Below are positions 1-16,449 of a stretch of 64,000 nt of DNA, in pieces. The notes under the pieces were generated by a model. It searched no databases. It saw only the letters and a list, made by a program, of their open reading frames with translations, and had not been told where the DNA came from. A program made the translations under genes and the position numbers. The DNA comes from Eledone cirrhosa (Eukaryota). Numbering within the stretch: the stretch's first letter is position 1; each line of letters starts with the position of its first letter. Location of the stretch: the NCBI GenBank assembly GCA_964016885.1, contig OZ024742.1, positions 273,234,001 to 273,298,000 of the forward strand, written 5' to 3'.

Positions 1-125
1 TCTTAAGAGTCAATGGCCATCCAAAATCACCGGGAGAGATGAGCCCTTAGCCTTTGTCAAGGCAGAATTCTATGAGAAGGAAAACTCTGATATAACACCT
101 GCAACTCTGATGTTATCCAATGATG
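1..125 (+). repeat. Fragment of a dispersed repeat, possibly the 5' UTR of an RTE-like LINE
   Basis: 1-26 matches the reverse complement of 42141-42165 (taagagtcaayggccatccaaaa). 44-110 resembles the reverse complement of 40085-40175 (cctagcctttgtca...ttctatga.aagg.aactc...acctgc.rctc). The LINE 5' UTR assignment is from recollection only. Confidence 0.4.
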
Positions 126-136
126 TTCACGTGTTC

Positions 137-442
137 TTCTTTTTGGTAAATATCATCTTGGTTAAGAGAGTGGGACTGGCTTTGTGCAGTGCCTTTGCTC
201 ACTATAAAAGCTTCACGACACAGGTATTGCTTTATATCTGGAGATCTCTCTACACTTGTCGTCACATGGTACCATGGGCCCAGCACTATGTGTCAGTAAT
301 TGTCACAGGTGTAGTGTTTGTACCAGAGTTTTCAAGTCGCTGGCTGGACTAAAAATCACACTCGTTCAGCGCATCGGTAGGAGTTCTCCTACATGGATAT
401 AAAGTAGTGGCCGTACTCGAAAACGAGTTGGCAGCCACCATG
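137..442. repeat. ~305-bp dispersed repeat, copy 1
   Basis: About 90% identical by eye to 7215-7521, with the same boundaries; followed by (TA)n. Confidence 0.9.
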
Positions 443-562
<120 letters not shown>

Positions 563-3500
563 TTTTGTTTTATTTTAACATGTCTATTGAGCACTCTAAT
601 TCGATATGTGTATTTCCACATTCACTCGAATTGTTTTCGCGGATATAGGGGTCATCTCCCTTGTCTAATGCCATGTGCGTTTTTCACCGCTAGTTGACTC
701 CTTTGCCGCCAGGATAAAACTCGTTGACAACGTAAACTCCGTTCCACTTATTCTAGTAGGCTTTTATATTTATATGTGAGCTGATAGAGTACTGTCTAAG
801 GATTTACAGAAACCCATGAAGCTAGATTTAACACCTTTCTAGTGGGTCCGGGTATGATTTTACATTCATTTAAATTATTGACGTATTGTTTTATTGATAT
901 TTTTTATCTGTTTGGCCCGAATCTTCCTTTATCGATTTTAAATCGTATGGTTGATTGTAGACTTGTTCTATATGTGACGGTATTTTAACGATAGTTATAG
1001 CTCTGATTCATCTGAATTATTGAGCCCTCTGCCGCTCATATCGAATTTCGTTTTTCGTGAACTCGTGCGCCGATTTTTCGATACTCGATCTTTCTAATAT
1101 ATTTAGCTCTGGACATAGCTATCCACCAGTTAATTTTATTGCTCATTTTTTGTCGATTCTATTGAGTGATGAATAGCTTTTGTTTTATTTTAACATGTCT
1201 ATTGAGCACTCTAATTCGATATGTGTATTTCCACATTCACTCGAATTGTTTTCGCGGATATAGGGGTCATCTCCCTTGTCTAATGCCATGTGCGTTTTTC
1301 ACCGCTAGTTGACTCCTTTGCCGCCAGGATAAAACTCGTTGACAACGTAAACTCCGTTCCACTTATTCTAGTAGGCTTTTATATTTATATGTGAGCTGAT
1401 AGAGTACTGTCTAAGGATTTACAGAAACCCATGAAGCTAGATTTAACACCTTTCTAGTGGGTCCGGGTATGATTTTACATTCATTTAAATTATTGACGTA
1501 TTGTTTTATTGATATTTTTTATCTGTTTGGCCCGAATCTTCCTTTATCGATTTTAAATCGTATGGTTGATTGTAGACTTGTTCTATATGTGACGGTATTT
1601 TAACGATAGTTATAGCTCTGATTCATCTGAATTATTGAGCCCTCTGCCGCTCATATCGAATTTCGTTTTTCGTGAACTCGTGCGCCGATTTTTCGATACT
1701 CGATCTTTCTAATATATTTAGCTCTGGACATAGCTATCCACCAGTTAATTTTATTGCTCATTTTTTGTCGATTCTATTGAGTGATGAATAGCTTTTGTTT
1801 TATTTTAACATGTCTATTGAGCACTCTAATTCGATATGTGTATTTCCACATTCACTCGAATTGTTTTCGCGGATATAGGGGTCATCTCCCTTGTCTAATG
1901 CCATGTGCGCTTTTCACCGCTAGTTGACTCCTTTGCCGCCAGGATAAAACTCGTTGACAACGTAAACTCCGTTCCACTTATTCTAGTAGGCTTTTATATT
2001 TATATGTGAGCTGATAGAGTACTGTCTAAGGATTTACAGAAACCCATGAAGCTAGATTTAACACCTTTCTAGTGGGTCCGGGTATGATTTTACATTCATT
2101 TAAATTATTGACGTATTGTTTTATTGATATTTTTTATCTGTTTGGCCCGAATCTTCCTTTATCGATTTTAAATCGTATGGTTGATTGTAGACTTGTTCTA
2201 TATGTGACGGTATTTTAACGATAGTTATAGCTCTGATTCATCTGAATTATTGAGCCCTCTGCCGCTCATATCGAATTTCGTTTTTCGTGAACTCGTGCGC
2301 CGATTTTTCGATACTCGATCTTTCTAATATATTTAGCTCTGGACATAGCTATCCACCAGTTAATTTTATTGCTCATTTTTTGTCGATTCTATTGAGTGAT
2401 GAATAGCTTTTGTTTTATTTTAACATGTCTATTGAGCACTCTAATTCGATATGTGTATTTCCACATTCACTCGAATTGTTTTCGCGGATATAGGGGTCAT
2501 CTCCCTTGTCTAATGCCATGTGCGTTTTTCACCGCTAGTTGACTCCTTTGCCGCCAGGATAAAACTCGTTGACAACGTAAACTCCGTTCCACTTATTCTA
2601 GTAGGCTTTTATATTTATATGTGAGCTGATAGAGTACTGTCTAAGGATTTACAGAAACCCATGAAGCTAGATTTAACACCTTTCTAGTGGGTCCGGGTAT
2701 GATTTTACATTCATTTAAATTATTGACGTATTGTTTTATTGATATTTTTTATCTGTTTGGCCCGAATCTTCCTTTATCGATTTTAAATCGTATGGTTGAT
2801 TGTAGACTTGTTCTATATGTGACGGTATTTTAACGATAGTTATAGCTCTGATTCATCTGAATTATTGAGCCCTCTGCCGCTCATATCGAATTTCGTTTTT
2901 CGTGAACTCGTGCGCCGATTTTTCGATACTCGATCTTTCTAATATATTTAGCTCTGGACATAGCTATCCACCAGTTAATTTTATTGCTCATTTTTTGTCG
3001 ATTCTATTGAGTGATGAATAGCTTTTGTTTTATTTTAACATGTCTATTGAGCACTCTAATTCGATATGTGTATTTCCACATTCACTCGAATTGTTTTCGC
3101 GGATATAGGGGTCATCTCCCTTGTCTAATGCCATGTGCGTTTTTCACCGCTAGTTGACTCCTTTGCCGCCAGGATAAAACTCGTTGACAACGTAAACTCC
3201 GTTCCACTTATTCTAGTAGGCTTTTATATTTATATGTGAGCTGATAGAGTACTGTCTAAGGATTTACAGAAACCCATGAAGCTAGATTTAACACCTTTCT
3301 AGTGGGTCCGGGTATGATTTTACATTCATTTAAATTATTGACGTATTGTTTTATTGATATTTTTTATCTGTTTGGCCCGAATCTTCCTTTATCGATTTTA
3401 AATCGTATGGTTGATTGTAGACTTGTTCTATATGTGACGGTATTTTAACGATAGTTATAGCTCTGATTCATCTGAATTATTGAGCCCTCTGCCGCTCATA

Positions 3501-4792
3501 TCGAATTTCGTTTTTCGTGAACTCGTGCGCCGATTTTTCGATACTCGATCTTTCTAATATATTTAGCTCTGGACATAGCTATCCACCAGTTAATTTTATT
3601 GCTCATTTTTTGTCGATTCTATTGAGTGATGAATAGCTTTTGTTTTATTTTAACATGTCTATTGAGCACTCTAATTCGATATGTGTATTTCCACATTCAC
3701 TCGAATTGTTTTCGCGGATATAGGGGTCATCTCCCTTGTCTAATGCCATGTGCGTTTTTCACCGCTAGTTGACTCCTTTGCCGCCAGGATAAAACTCGTT
3801 GACAACGTAAACTCCGTTCCACTTATTCTAGTAGGCTTTTATATTTATATGTGAGCTGATAGAGTACTGTCTAAGGATTTACAGAAACCCATGAAGCTAG
3901 ATTTAACACCTTTCTAGTGGGTCCGGGTATGATTTTACATTCATTTAAATTATTGACGTATTGTTTTATTGATATTTTTTATCTGTTTGGCCCGAATCTT
4001 CCTTTATCGATTTTAAATCGTATGGTTGATTGTAGACTTGTTCTATATGTGACGGTATTTTAACGATAGTTATAGCTCTGATTCATCTGAATTATTGAGC
4101 CCTCTGCCGCTCATATCGAATTTCGTTTTTCGTGAACTCGTGCGCCGATTTTTCGATACTCGATCTTTCTAATATATTTAGCTCTGGACATAGCTATCCA
4201 CCAGTTAATTTTATTGCTCATTTTTTGTCGATTCTATTGAGTGATGAATAGCTTTTGTTTTATTTTAACATGTCTATTGAGCACTCTAATTCGATATGTG
4301 TATTTCCACATTCACTCGAATTGTTTTCGCGGATATAGGGGTCATCTCCCTTGTCTAATGCCATGTGCGTTTTTCACCGCTAGTTGACTCCTTTGCCGCC
4401 AGGATAAAACTCGTTGACAACGTAAACTCCGTTCCACTTATTCTAGTAGGCTTTTATATTTATATGTGAGCTGATAGAGTACTGTCTAAGGATTTACAGA
4501 AACCCATGAAGCTAGATTTAACACCTTTCTAGTGGGTCCGGGTATGATTTTACATTCATTTAAATTATTGACGTATTGTTTTATTGATATTTTTTATCTG
4601 TTTGGCCCGAATCTTCCTTTATCGATTTTAAATCGTATGGTTGATTGTAGACTTGTTCTATATGTGACGGTATTTTAACGATAGTTATAGCTCTGATTCA
4701 TCTGAATTATTGAGCCCTCTGCCGCTCATATCGAATTTCGTTTTTCGTGAACTCGTGCGCCGATTTTTCGATACTCGATCTTTCTAATATAT
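563..4792. repeat. Tandem array of a 615-bp monomer, 6 full copies plus a 540-bp partial copy
   Basis: Copies start at 563, 1178, 1793, 2408, 3023, 3638 and 4253. The only difference spotted is T>C at 1910. No internal ORF of 60 aa or more; (TA)n on both sides. Confidence 0.98.
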
Positions 4793-4800
4793 ATATATTT

Positions 4801-5555
4801 ATATTGAACCAATCTAAAGAATATGCAAGTGGAACAAGAAAATGCACACTCTGCATAAATGAAAAAATATTGGATTTTACAAAACCTTAAATCACCATGA
4901 ACCTGCCTAAATACAAAGACAAAAATTTTCACCATTTGCCCACACATGAAATCACACTTGCTTTCCAGCTCATAAAAACTTTCAGATACTTATCCTCCAT
5001 AAGCTCTTAGTCTTCACTTAAATTATTCTCTTTAAAGACCACTCTTTCTGATTTACTTTCATTTTTAACCTTATTATTAATTTTATTTTTATTTTTATTT
5101 TTACCTCACACTCACCAGTAACCCTCCCTTAATCTTCGATTCACTTACCTAATATCTTCACTTTCCACATTTTACTTCCCTATTTTCTTTAGTAGCTGAT
5201 TATACAGGTCACTTGCGTTTTCCACCCCAGATATTTTCTGTTATTTCGCAGCCAATTTTATATTTTTATATTTGTACTCGTTTATTCATAAGGCTTGCTT
5301 TACACCCTGTATCTATGTGTCTGAGCGTCTTTATGTGTGTATACGTTCTGTATATGTACACGAACATCTCCGTATGTGCACGTGCGTGCGTGTATATATA
5401 TGTGTATGTATGTGTGTTTTTATATCTGTGTTTTTACTTGTATGTTTTTTACATTCTTATTTTTATGTGTGTGAGTGTTAGCGGGTCAATGTACGGGAAT
5501 ATGTTTGTGTGTATGTGTGTATATATATATTGTATGTATGGGTGTGCATGTGTGC

Positions 5556-5619
<64 letters not shown>

Positions 5620-6500
5620 TCGCGTACGTACGTATGATTAGATATACATGGGGCGATATGTATGTATATATATACGTACATCCTGTGTATGTATGTACGC
5701 ATGCATACGCTTTTATCTGTACGTATTGCGTGTATATATATATATTTTTTTAATAGATGTATGTGTATGTACGCGTGCACCTTGTTTGTTTTCTTTTCTT
5801 TTCTTTTCTTTTCTTTTCTTTTCTTTTCTTTTCTTTTCTTTTCTTTTCTGTTCTTCTCTTTTCTCTAGTGTTAATCGACTACTTTCTCTTTCATTTAACA
5901 TTTTCTCTTTCTCATATACTGTATCATTTTTATACATATATCGAGAATGACACTTTCTTTTAACTATTACACTCCCTTCCCTCTTTATCTTCCGCATATA
6001 AGTAATCGCGCGTGTGTGTGTGTGTTTATACGCGTGCTTTCATACTCATTGTGTATCTAATACCTGTTTTCTGGATGCGTGTCAACTAGATTATCATTTT
6101 CTTTTTCTTTTTCTTTTTCAACTAATATTATATTCGTATTTGTGGTTACATATACACAAATATACATGCCCTCATATATGTACTTACGCACACATTTTCA
6201 CCATACACACGCATTTGTACATACATACATATGTACTTTTATGAGTGTATATACATACATATACACGTACCTAACTATATTTCCTTATATTTTCTTTATA
6301 TATTTTATACGTCTACTGCATTGCTTTAATTTATATATATATATTTTTTTTGCATTTCTTGAGGAGACTTTCAAAATATTTCACTATGTTTTATATTGCC
6401 TTGTCCGACGAACGAATGAGGACGTTTCTTTCATATTCGTCTTATTCGGCAAACCTCTGGTAATGAGGTAATTATATTGTATTGTTTATTATACATTATT
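4801..6500 (+). mobile_element. 5'-truncated Naiad-like PLE: GIY-YIG C-terminus plus long 3' UTR ending in an HHR-like motif
   Basis: 4801-4965 translates, with a frameshift and a stop, to ILNQSKEYASGTRKCTLCINEK/YWILQN...CLNTKTKIFTICPH. This is homologous to the C-terminus of the 8030-9460 product. Bounded by TA tracts. Confidence 0.75.
6401..6473 (+). ncRNA. Degenerate type-I hammerhead ribozyme motif
   Basis: CCGACGA-A, stem II cgaatgag(g)acg/cgtcttattcg, G-CAAA (G12>C), stem III acctc/gaggt, H17=A. Stem I is poor. Confidence 0.55.
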
Positions 6501-6806
<306 letters not shown>

Positions 6807-7133
6807 AATTGATGAGCAGAACAAACAAACATTAAACAATCCTTTAAATAAATAAAAAAATGATTTAAATATCTACCTGTTCATAATGCTATTACCGGCG
6901 GTTTCCATCTACAAAACATTGGAAATTCAGTGAATTTCCAACGGAAAGTAGATTTCATCAGATAGCTATTTCCTTTCTATAGGACATACGTCCCACGGTC
7001 AGCAAATATAATGCCAACTACCAGCCCGCATGAGTTATGGCCGTTAAAGGGACCCACACGTGAACCGGCCGCTAGTGCAACCGGGAATATTACAGTCTTG
7101 TTGATGGCTTGGGTGCTAAAAAGATAGCAGTAA

Positions 7134-7136
<3 letters not shown>
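6807..7136 (-). mobile_element. Solo PLE pLTR/3' tail between TA tracts
   Basis: Contains an intact HHR (6888-6966, minus) about 80 nt from the TA tract, the same layout as the PLE tails elsewhere in the window. No credible ORF. Confidence 0.7.
6888..6966 (-). ncRNA. Type-I hammerhead ribozyme, canonical core
   Basis: Minus strand reads gctat-CTGATGA-a-atctac[tttccg ttggaaattc act gaatttccaa tgtttt]gtagat-g-GAAA-ccgccgg-TA-atagc. Stems I, II and III all pair. Confidence 0.9.
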
Positions 7137-7202
<66 letters not shown>

Positions 7203-7214
7203 TATGTATATATA

Positions 7215-7519
7215 TCTTTTTGGTAAATATCATCTTGTTTAAGAGAGTGAGACTGGCTTTGTGCAGTGCATTTGCTCACTATAAGAGCTTCACTGCACAT
7301 GCATTGCTTTATATCTGGAGATCTCTCTGCATTTGTCGTCACATGGTACCATGGGCCCAGCACTATGTGTCAGTAATTGTCACAGGTCTAGTGTTTGTAC
7401 CACAGTTTTCAAGTCGCTGGCTGGACTAAAAAGTCACACCCGTTCAACGCATCGGTAGGGGTTCTCCTACATGGATATAAAGTAGTGGCCGTACTCGAAA
7501 ACGAGTGGGCAACCACCAC

Positions 7520-7521
<2 letters not shown>
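7215..7521. repeat. ~305-bp dispersed repeat, copy 2
   Basis: Matches 137-442; flanked by (TA)n on both sides. Confidence 0.9.
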
Positions 7522-7601
<80 letters not shown>

Positions 7602-7607
7602 GTATAT

Positions 7608-7638
<31 letters not shown>

Positions 7639-7643
7639 CATAT

Positions 7644-9463
<1,820 letters not shown>

Positions 9464-11579
9464 TTTTTCTGAATCTCACTTTACTATTCTGGTTTAGACG
9501 TCTTGTCTAGATATTTTTTATATTTTATACTTTTTATTTTTATTTTTATTTTTATTTTTATATTCTTTATGTTTCTTAATGTGCCACTTACTCTTCTCTG
9601 TGAGTTATGGTGTCTATACAGGACGGGGTCTTCTATAGCTGGACGTAGATACTTCATCATCATTGGCGAATTGATATACACACTCTCTTAAGCTGGTTGG
9701 CATGTGAAAGTTTAGCACGTGAGTGGTTCTGTGGGTATACGGTTTTGTATCTGTGGGTATATTTGTAGATATATATTTTTTGTGAATATTTATATGTGTG
9801 TGGATGTTTAGTTATATGTATAACACAACTGTTTGTGGCGTATCCGTATTCAATGGCTGTTTGAATTCCTAATCATTTTGGTTTTTTAGTTTATTATTAT
9901 TATTATTAGTTTTCTTCGGTTTATTGATTTTTAGTTTTCTAGTTTTTTAACTTATTTAGCCTATTTAGTCCCTTGTCCATTATTATGTCTCTATCTTTAT
10001 ACTCATCCTTTGTCGACTAATATATTTCTATCTTTATATTCATCCCTAGTTGGAGTGTATCTTATTGTCTCCTTGACTAACTAATAGTTTAATTTTGGTC
10101 TTCTACATTTACGGTTAATGAACTCCATTTTTTCTACACTTAATATTTGCCTTATTGAATATATATATTATAACGTTATGTTCCTTCTTGTCCTCCATAG
10201 TTTTACTTCTTTCTGTTCCTTTTTGTCCAGCTTAGTTTTTATTGGAATCTTTACTTTGGATAACGTTAGTCGTCATAACGGAAATTAAATATATATTCGA
10301 TGAATGTATTCGCTCATTTATTGGAATATCTTAATTTCTATCGGCATTAGTGACTTAAACTTTGTTCATAATGGAGTGTACCATAATGTTTATTTAACTT
10401 TTAATAAATTAATTAAAATTAAAAGTGGTTTCGATTCAGTTATTTGACTTTCAATAGTTGTATCATTAATTTTCACCTAACAGATTGTTGTGCCTACGCG
10501 TTTTTGTCTCTGTTTTGTTTTGCTATAATTTGATGCTTCTGTCTGTCTTTCCTGTCCTGTGTCACTTGTGTGGATGAATATATTGAGTAAATATGATTTA
10601 AATCTTTCTCCCTTGCAATTATATGTTTGGTGTTGAAATATTAATATGTAATATTATATTGCTGTATGTATTTGAATTGCCTATATCTCTATACATCTTA
10701 TCATATATTTGCTATACGCTCATTTATTTTAATTTTATTTTATCGGTATTTATCGGTAAATATATATATAATATCGGTAAATGTTATATTTCATTATTTA
10801 TTGTCTATTATATATTCTTTACCATATATATATATATTTTTACCATACTTTATTTTATTTTATGGTATTATTTTTTACCCTGTGGTACACGTTATGTTTT
10901 TATACATGTTATGTTGACTTTGCAAGGTACGTTGGAAGTAATTATGTTTTTTAATGTCAATATTTCTTTGTTTTTAGTATTGTTTAATCACACCGTCAGG
11001 GTTATTATTCTATTATAGTGCATATATATATATATTTGTGTTAATATGTGTATGTGTAAATATGTATATGTGTGTGCATATATATGTGTGTGAGTGTGTG
11101 TGTATATATATATATAAAATTTTATTTCTGTATTATATATTGCATTGTATTGTATATTATATTATATTTTTTTATATCTTATTTCTCGGATTATATTACT
11201 ATGTTGTATTTCGAGTATTTGACATATACTGTACTTTTAACATGGCTAATTTAATGTCTGCTTGCTCTCTTGCCCTATAGTTTTTATGTACCAATGTACC
11301 CTATTAGGTTTGACACGTCTTTCCTGGATAATGTTCCGAAATATCCTTCCTTACATACTATCGGGTGTGTTATAAATATTATAAATTTGTACCCATTAGT
11401 AATTAAGTGCCCTTTCTTAGTTACCTGAAATCTAAATATGTCGCAACATCCTAGACCTTACCACCTTATCCTGTTTTTATATTACCTGCATATTATATCT
11501 TATAATGTAACATTTAAATTTCTATTTTTCTATTTCTCTATTCTTCTTGTTCTAGCCGTTGATATTTTTTGTCTTTTAC

Positions 11580-11624
11580 TTGCTCTGAAGAGTTCTATTT
11601 ACTGGGACGAAACATTGTCAGCGA
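11580..11624 (+). ncRNA. Minimal type-I hammerhead ribozyme, canonical core
   Basis: ttgct-CTGAAGA-gttct atttact gggac-GAAA-c att g-TC-agcga. GUC cleavage triplet and short quasi-palindromic stem III; followed by aataaa. Confidence 0.9.
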
Positions 11625-11670
11625 ATAAAGATTTTTAATGTATTAAAGGTTCTTTGTTGATTCATATAAT

Positions 11671-12660
<990 letters not shown>

Positions 12661-13149
12661 TCTTTCTCTTTTGTTATATGCAGTCACTAGATCGTAGGCT
12701 GTTATAAATTTCATGTTATCTATTGAGAGTTAATACAGTTTCTGCTGTATGGCGTGTTCACTTAATCTGTCTAGGAGTTCCGCCAAGCCAAGCCGATGTG
12801 TGGATGGGATCCTTACTTCGATGTTTTCTCGGGGAGAGGGTATGAAGTTTATTAGAGCACTTAGGAGGTTTACTTATTTTTAAATTCCCAACTTTTTTTT
12901 AAATATTTTATTCTACACCACACACTGTTTGTATTACAATAGTTTTACTAGTTTCCCTGCACTGTCCTTCTGAGCACCTCATGCTGTATACAACATTTCT
13001 AGTCCTATAATATATATGTACAGACTACGCAATTTCGATCAACACCGACCGAAGTTCAAGAAAGCTTTACTTGCTTTTTTCTGTTGTTTTAATACTAACT
13101 TTCCTTTTATCTAAAGCCATTCAACTTCTATATACTATTTAATTGATAA

Positions 13150-14250
13150 GTGTAGCATTTGTCGAACATCACAATCCTAAAAGAGTTGCATTTGACGAAC
13201 ATAGCTATTCCTATCAATTGCATTTTGGAAAACAACTTTTTTACTTGTACCCTCTCGTCCAGCTGACTCATGCTACACCCGACAGGCTCGATACTGTTGC
13301 GCATTTCAAGCCTTTACATGAAGATTATAAGCAGAAGGGGTAGCAGTATGCACCGTAGGTGGAGTCCAAATCCCGCTTTGAATGGTCTCATCTTAGCAAA
13401 ATTTCTTTGAACACAAATACTAGGGTATTCACTTAGAAACATCATGGCAATCTAAAGCATTCCATTCACCCCATAGTCCTGCAAAACCTTCCACAGCAGT
13501 CTCCGATATCACTTATATGCATTTTCAAGGTTTACAAAACAAAAATTCACATTCTGGCAATACTCCCACAATTTCTCAAAGACCTGCTTGAGTGTGAATA
13601 TTTGGTCGTCTGTTCCATCTCCATGGCGAAAATCTCATTGTCCATCTGTTAGTTTGGACACAAACATTACCATACATCATTTTGTCGAACATTTAGCATA
13701 GACTTTACCGGGGAGGCTTATCAAGGAGATCCCTCGATGATTTGAGCAATCTTTCCTGTCTCCCGTTTCGAAAATTGGGGTTTTCACTCCGGATTGCCAT
13801 GGATTAGGTGCCTTTTCAGGCCACCCGGCAGACACGAGTGAGCCAGTGATCACTTTCTCTATTTAAGTCTTACATCTCTTCCACATTTGAGCAGCACTTT
13901 AATTACACTTATGACATCGAGAGGTTACTCACCAGTCTCAGATGCACCTCGGGTACAGCAGATGCCCTCGTGACTGGGTTTAAGAGAGCAACAGACTATT
14001 CTCTCCACCTCCCGAGTATCATTGAAGAGAAAACACCAAAAGCGTGAAGGAGGTCTGTGAAATCATTATATTTGCTGAAATAGGATTTTAGCTTAATCCC
14101 AAAGTCCTCTCCTAACTAATACTTGGACACCTTTCCTGTCTCTGCTGTCACGTTTCGCACCTGCTTATATCACTCGAGCAAGAAAGGGGGCCTATTTGCA
14201 TGTCTTGCATTGTAAGCCATCTTCTGAACTCAGATAGCATCTTTGACCAC
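13150..14250 (-). mobile_element. Degenerate RTE-clade LINE RT fragment
   Basis: Minus-strand translation gives PIFETGDRKDCSNHRGISLISLPGKVYAK, FRHGDGTDDQIFTLKQVFEKLWEY...CFVNLENAY and GLHLRCILLPLLLIIFM (degenerate QG motif). Confidence 0.8.
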
Positions 14251-14414
14251 TTCATTGTTGAAATAGATACTCATGCCCGTCGGCGCAACGCCAATCTTCT
14301 TTCGCCTGCAGTATTTAAGAGCTGAAAGAGAAACCGCCAAGTTGACCCGTATTCACTCGGTTTCAACGCATTCAGTTGGCCCAGTGAATTCTTTAAATTT
14401 AGATGCAATAATTG

Positions 14415-14590
14415 TCTCTACATTTGGCATAAGGCCTGCAAATACCCAATACATTACTGGTACTTTATTTTATCGAGCCCGTAAGGATGAAAGGCAAAGC
14501 TAACCTCGGCTGGATTTGAACTCAGATCATAAAGGGATGTAGCTATGCTGCAAAGCATTTTCGACTCTCTACTGATACTGCCAATCCGTC
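14415..14590 (-). mobile_element. tRNA-derived SINE
   Basis: Minus strand has an A-box-like tggcagtatcagtag, a B box gagttcaaatcc and the core ctttgcctttcatccttacgggctcgataaaataaagtaccagt. Several copies are in the window. Confidence 0.85.
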
Positions 14591-15959
14591 CTGGGTTCCT
14601 TATCTGTCAGCGTTTCCCATTTTATCTAATGTTGGGGCTCTCGTGCTTTACGTAGTAAACCTCAGATAAGTAAATGGTAGATGACATCTCATGTTCTGTC
14701 TTGTCACGAATATCCAGCACAGAATCGAAGAGATGAGAAGAAAATAAACACGATTAATAATTGGTCCCTTTCCCTAATTCGTTTTATAACATATGCATTT
14801 ATGGATGCCCTTGTGATGGAAGATGTTCATAATATAGAGACTGTTAGAGGTGCAGAAGTCTAACAACGCCTCTCCATTTCTATTTGGATCGGGATCGCCA
14901 TTCGTTCAAATCAAAGCTCTCTATGTCATGTAGCAAGTCTTAACATGTTCAATGACGTGGCTCCATCTTCACTACATCAAATGCTGCAATATGGAAGGAA
15001 CTGTAATCAGGTACTCTCTTTTTCGCATAAACGTGCACTTTAGAGGATACCTACTCTAACCTGTGAAGTTTGTTAGTGCCACTCTTTAATCCAAATGTTC
15101 AGTTTTTACGCAACATATTTTCTTTAGGAAACCCCGGGTATATCTAGCCGTTACATCTACTGTCCTCCTCTACTTCCTGCTTTTGACTGTAAGGGTTGTA
15201 ACGTTTCTGTTACCAAATGCCAAGATTTACTCCCTTCCCGACACTCAGGAGTTTCAGGATACGTACCGTTTGTCCATTTATCTCACGCCCTCCGGAACAA
15301 GTCGCACACCCATCACCAGTTCTTGCATCGTTGGGTGGAGACTTGGACATCATTTTCAAAAAGACCTCTCTACCTAAGAGCTGAACGTGTCTTTTGTAAT
15401 AGCGTGTGATGGACTATGCGATATAGATGTTTTTAATGTTCACGGACAGACCGCTGGGATTTAGTAGAGTCATCACACATGTCACCAATTTAGAACTCTT
15501 CTCAGACCCACTAAGATTAGGCGGTGTTAGAGTTGATCTGTACCCACCTCCTCGTAGCGATATTACTGGTTTGTGAGAGTTTTCTTGAGAGGTAAGAATG
15601 TTACCCTTTGCTCCATCTTTCATAGTATTATTTTACCGTCATTATTTCAAGGTTGCCTATTCCCACGCCAGGTGTTCACTTGTATTGCAACAAACCACTA
15701 TATGTATTAACCATATAGCTATCCACTACTTACGACGTAGCAGGACATATCTAGCAGAACACTAGATATCATCGTAAAAACATTAATATAAAGATGGCTA
15801 TCTGCAGGATAGAACTAGCGCCAAGGTATGCAAGAATTTATAAGAAACATCTATACTATGTCTTCAGCTATCGATGTACACTTCTATTATTTGCAGATGT
15901 GACATATTCTTTGATAATGACATTCCTTTTGAGCGATATAATAAGATCTAATAACGACG

Positions 15960-16290
15960 TCGCTACAGCCAGCTTGATAGCCGAAATAGGTAGCACCCAC
16001 AATTATCACTACCATTACCAAGAGGAAGGCAACGACAGCAACAGTGACAATAAAAACGACCCCGCATCTTCGCTGAAGGAAGGCATTCGGGACCCAGCAA
16101 CCAGCCTGGCAGCCGAAATAGTTATCGGTATCAACTACCACTAACATTAACAAGAGGCAGGGACAATAACAAGCGGCAGGGACAATAACAACAACAACAT
16201 ATATGTGTATAGACCAACATCTTACCAGCAATCACTACCACCACCATTATAAAGAGGAAGCCAAGTCCAGCAACAGTGATAATAACAACC
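15960..16290. repeat. Degenerate ~120-bp repeat, 2-3 partial copies
   Basis: Recurring ccagc.tg..agccgaaatag, aytaycactaccatt..aagagg and cagcaacagtgayaataa. Confidence 0.55.
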
Positions 16291-16449
16291 TTTGGGTCAT
16301 TCCGCTGGGAACAATCCCGTTTTCTTTTTGTACATTCATCCATTCATTCATCTATTAATTTGTTAACATTGTGCTTTCGTGTGTGTCCCCTTCCTTGCAA
16401 CACTCCTCTTTTATATTGTCTTCTGTCGCCTCCATATCTGATATAGGTG

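Noticed and set aside
1007-1062. Alternative hammerhead in the monomer (ttcat-CTGAATTA...tgagc/gctca...GAAT...TC-gtgaa)
   Set aside because: G8 and A15.1 are missing and stem III does not form.
1164-1211. SECIS-like or box C/D motif (gagtg-ATGA...GA-g-cactc; GTGATGA) across the 615-bp monomer junction
   Set aside because: Helix II is out of register, there is no apical AA at the right spacing and no linked ORF. The nearest CTGA with a terminal stem has wrong k-turn spacing.
563-4792. Tandem 5S, snRNA, SL RNA or CRISPR array
   Set aside because: No recognisable 5S/U1/U2/U3/U6 sequence, and units are identical with no variable spacers.
15130-15660. Short ORFs as host exons
   Set aside because: No recognisable domain or consistent splice signals.
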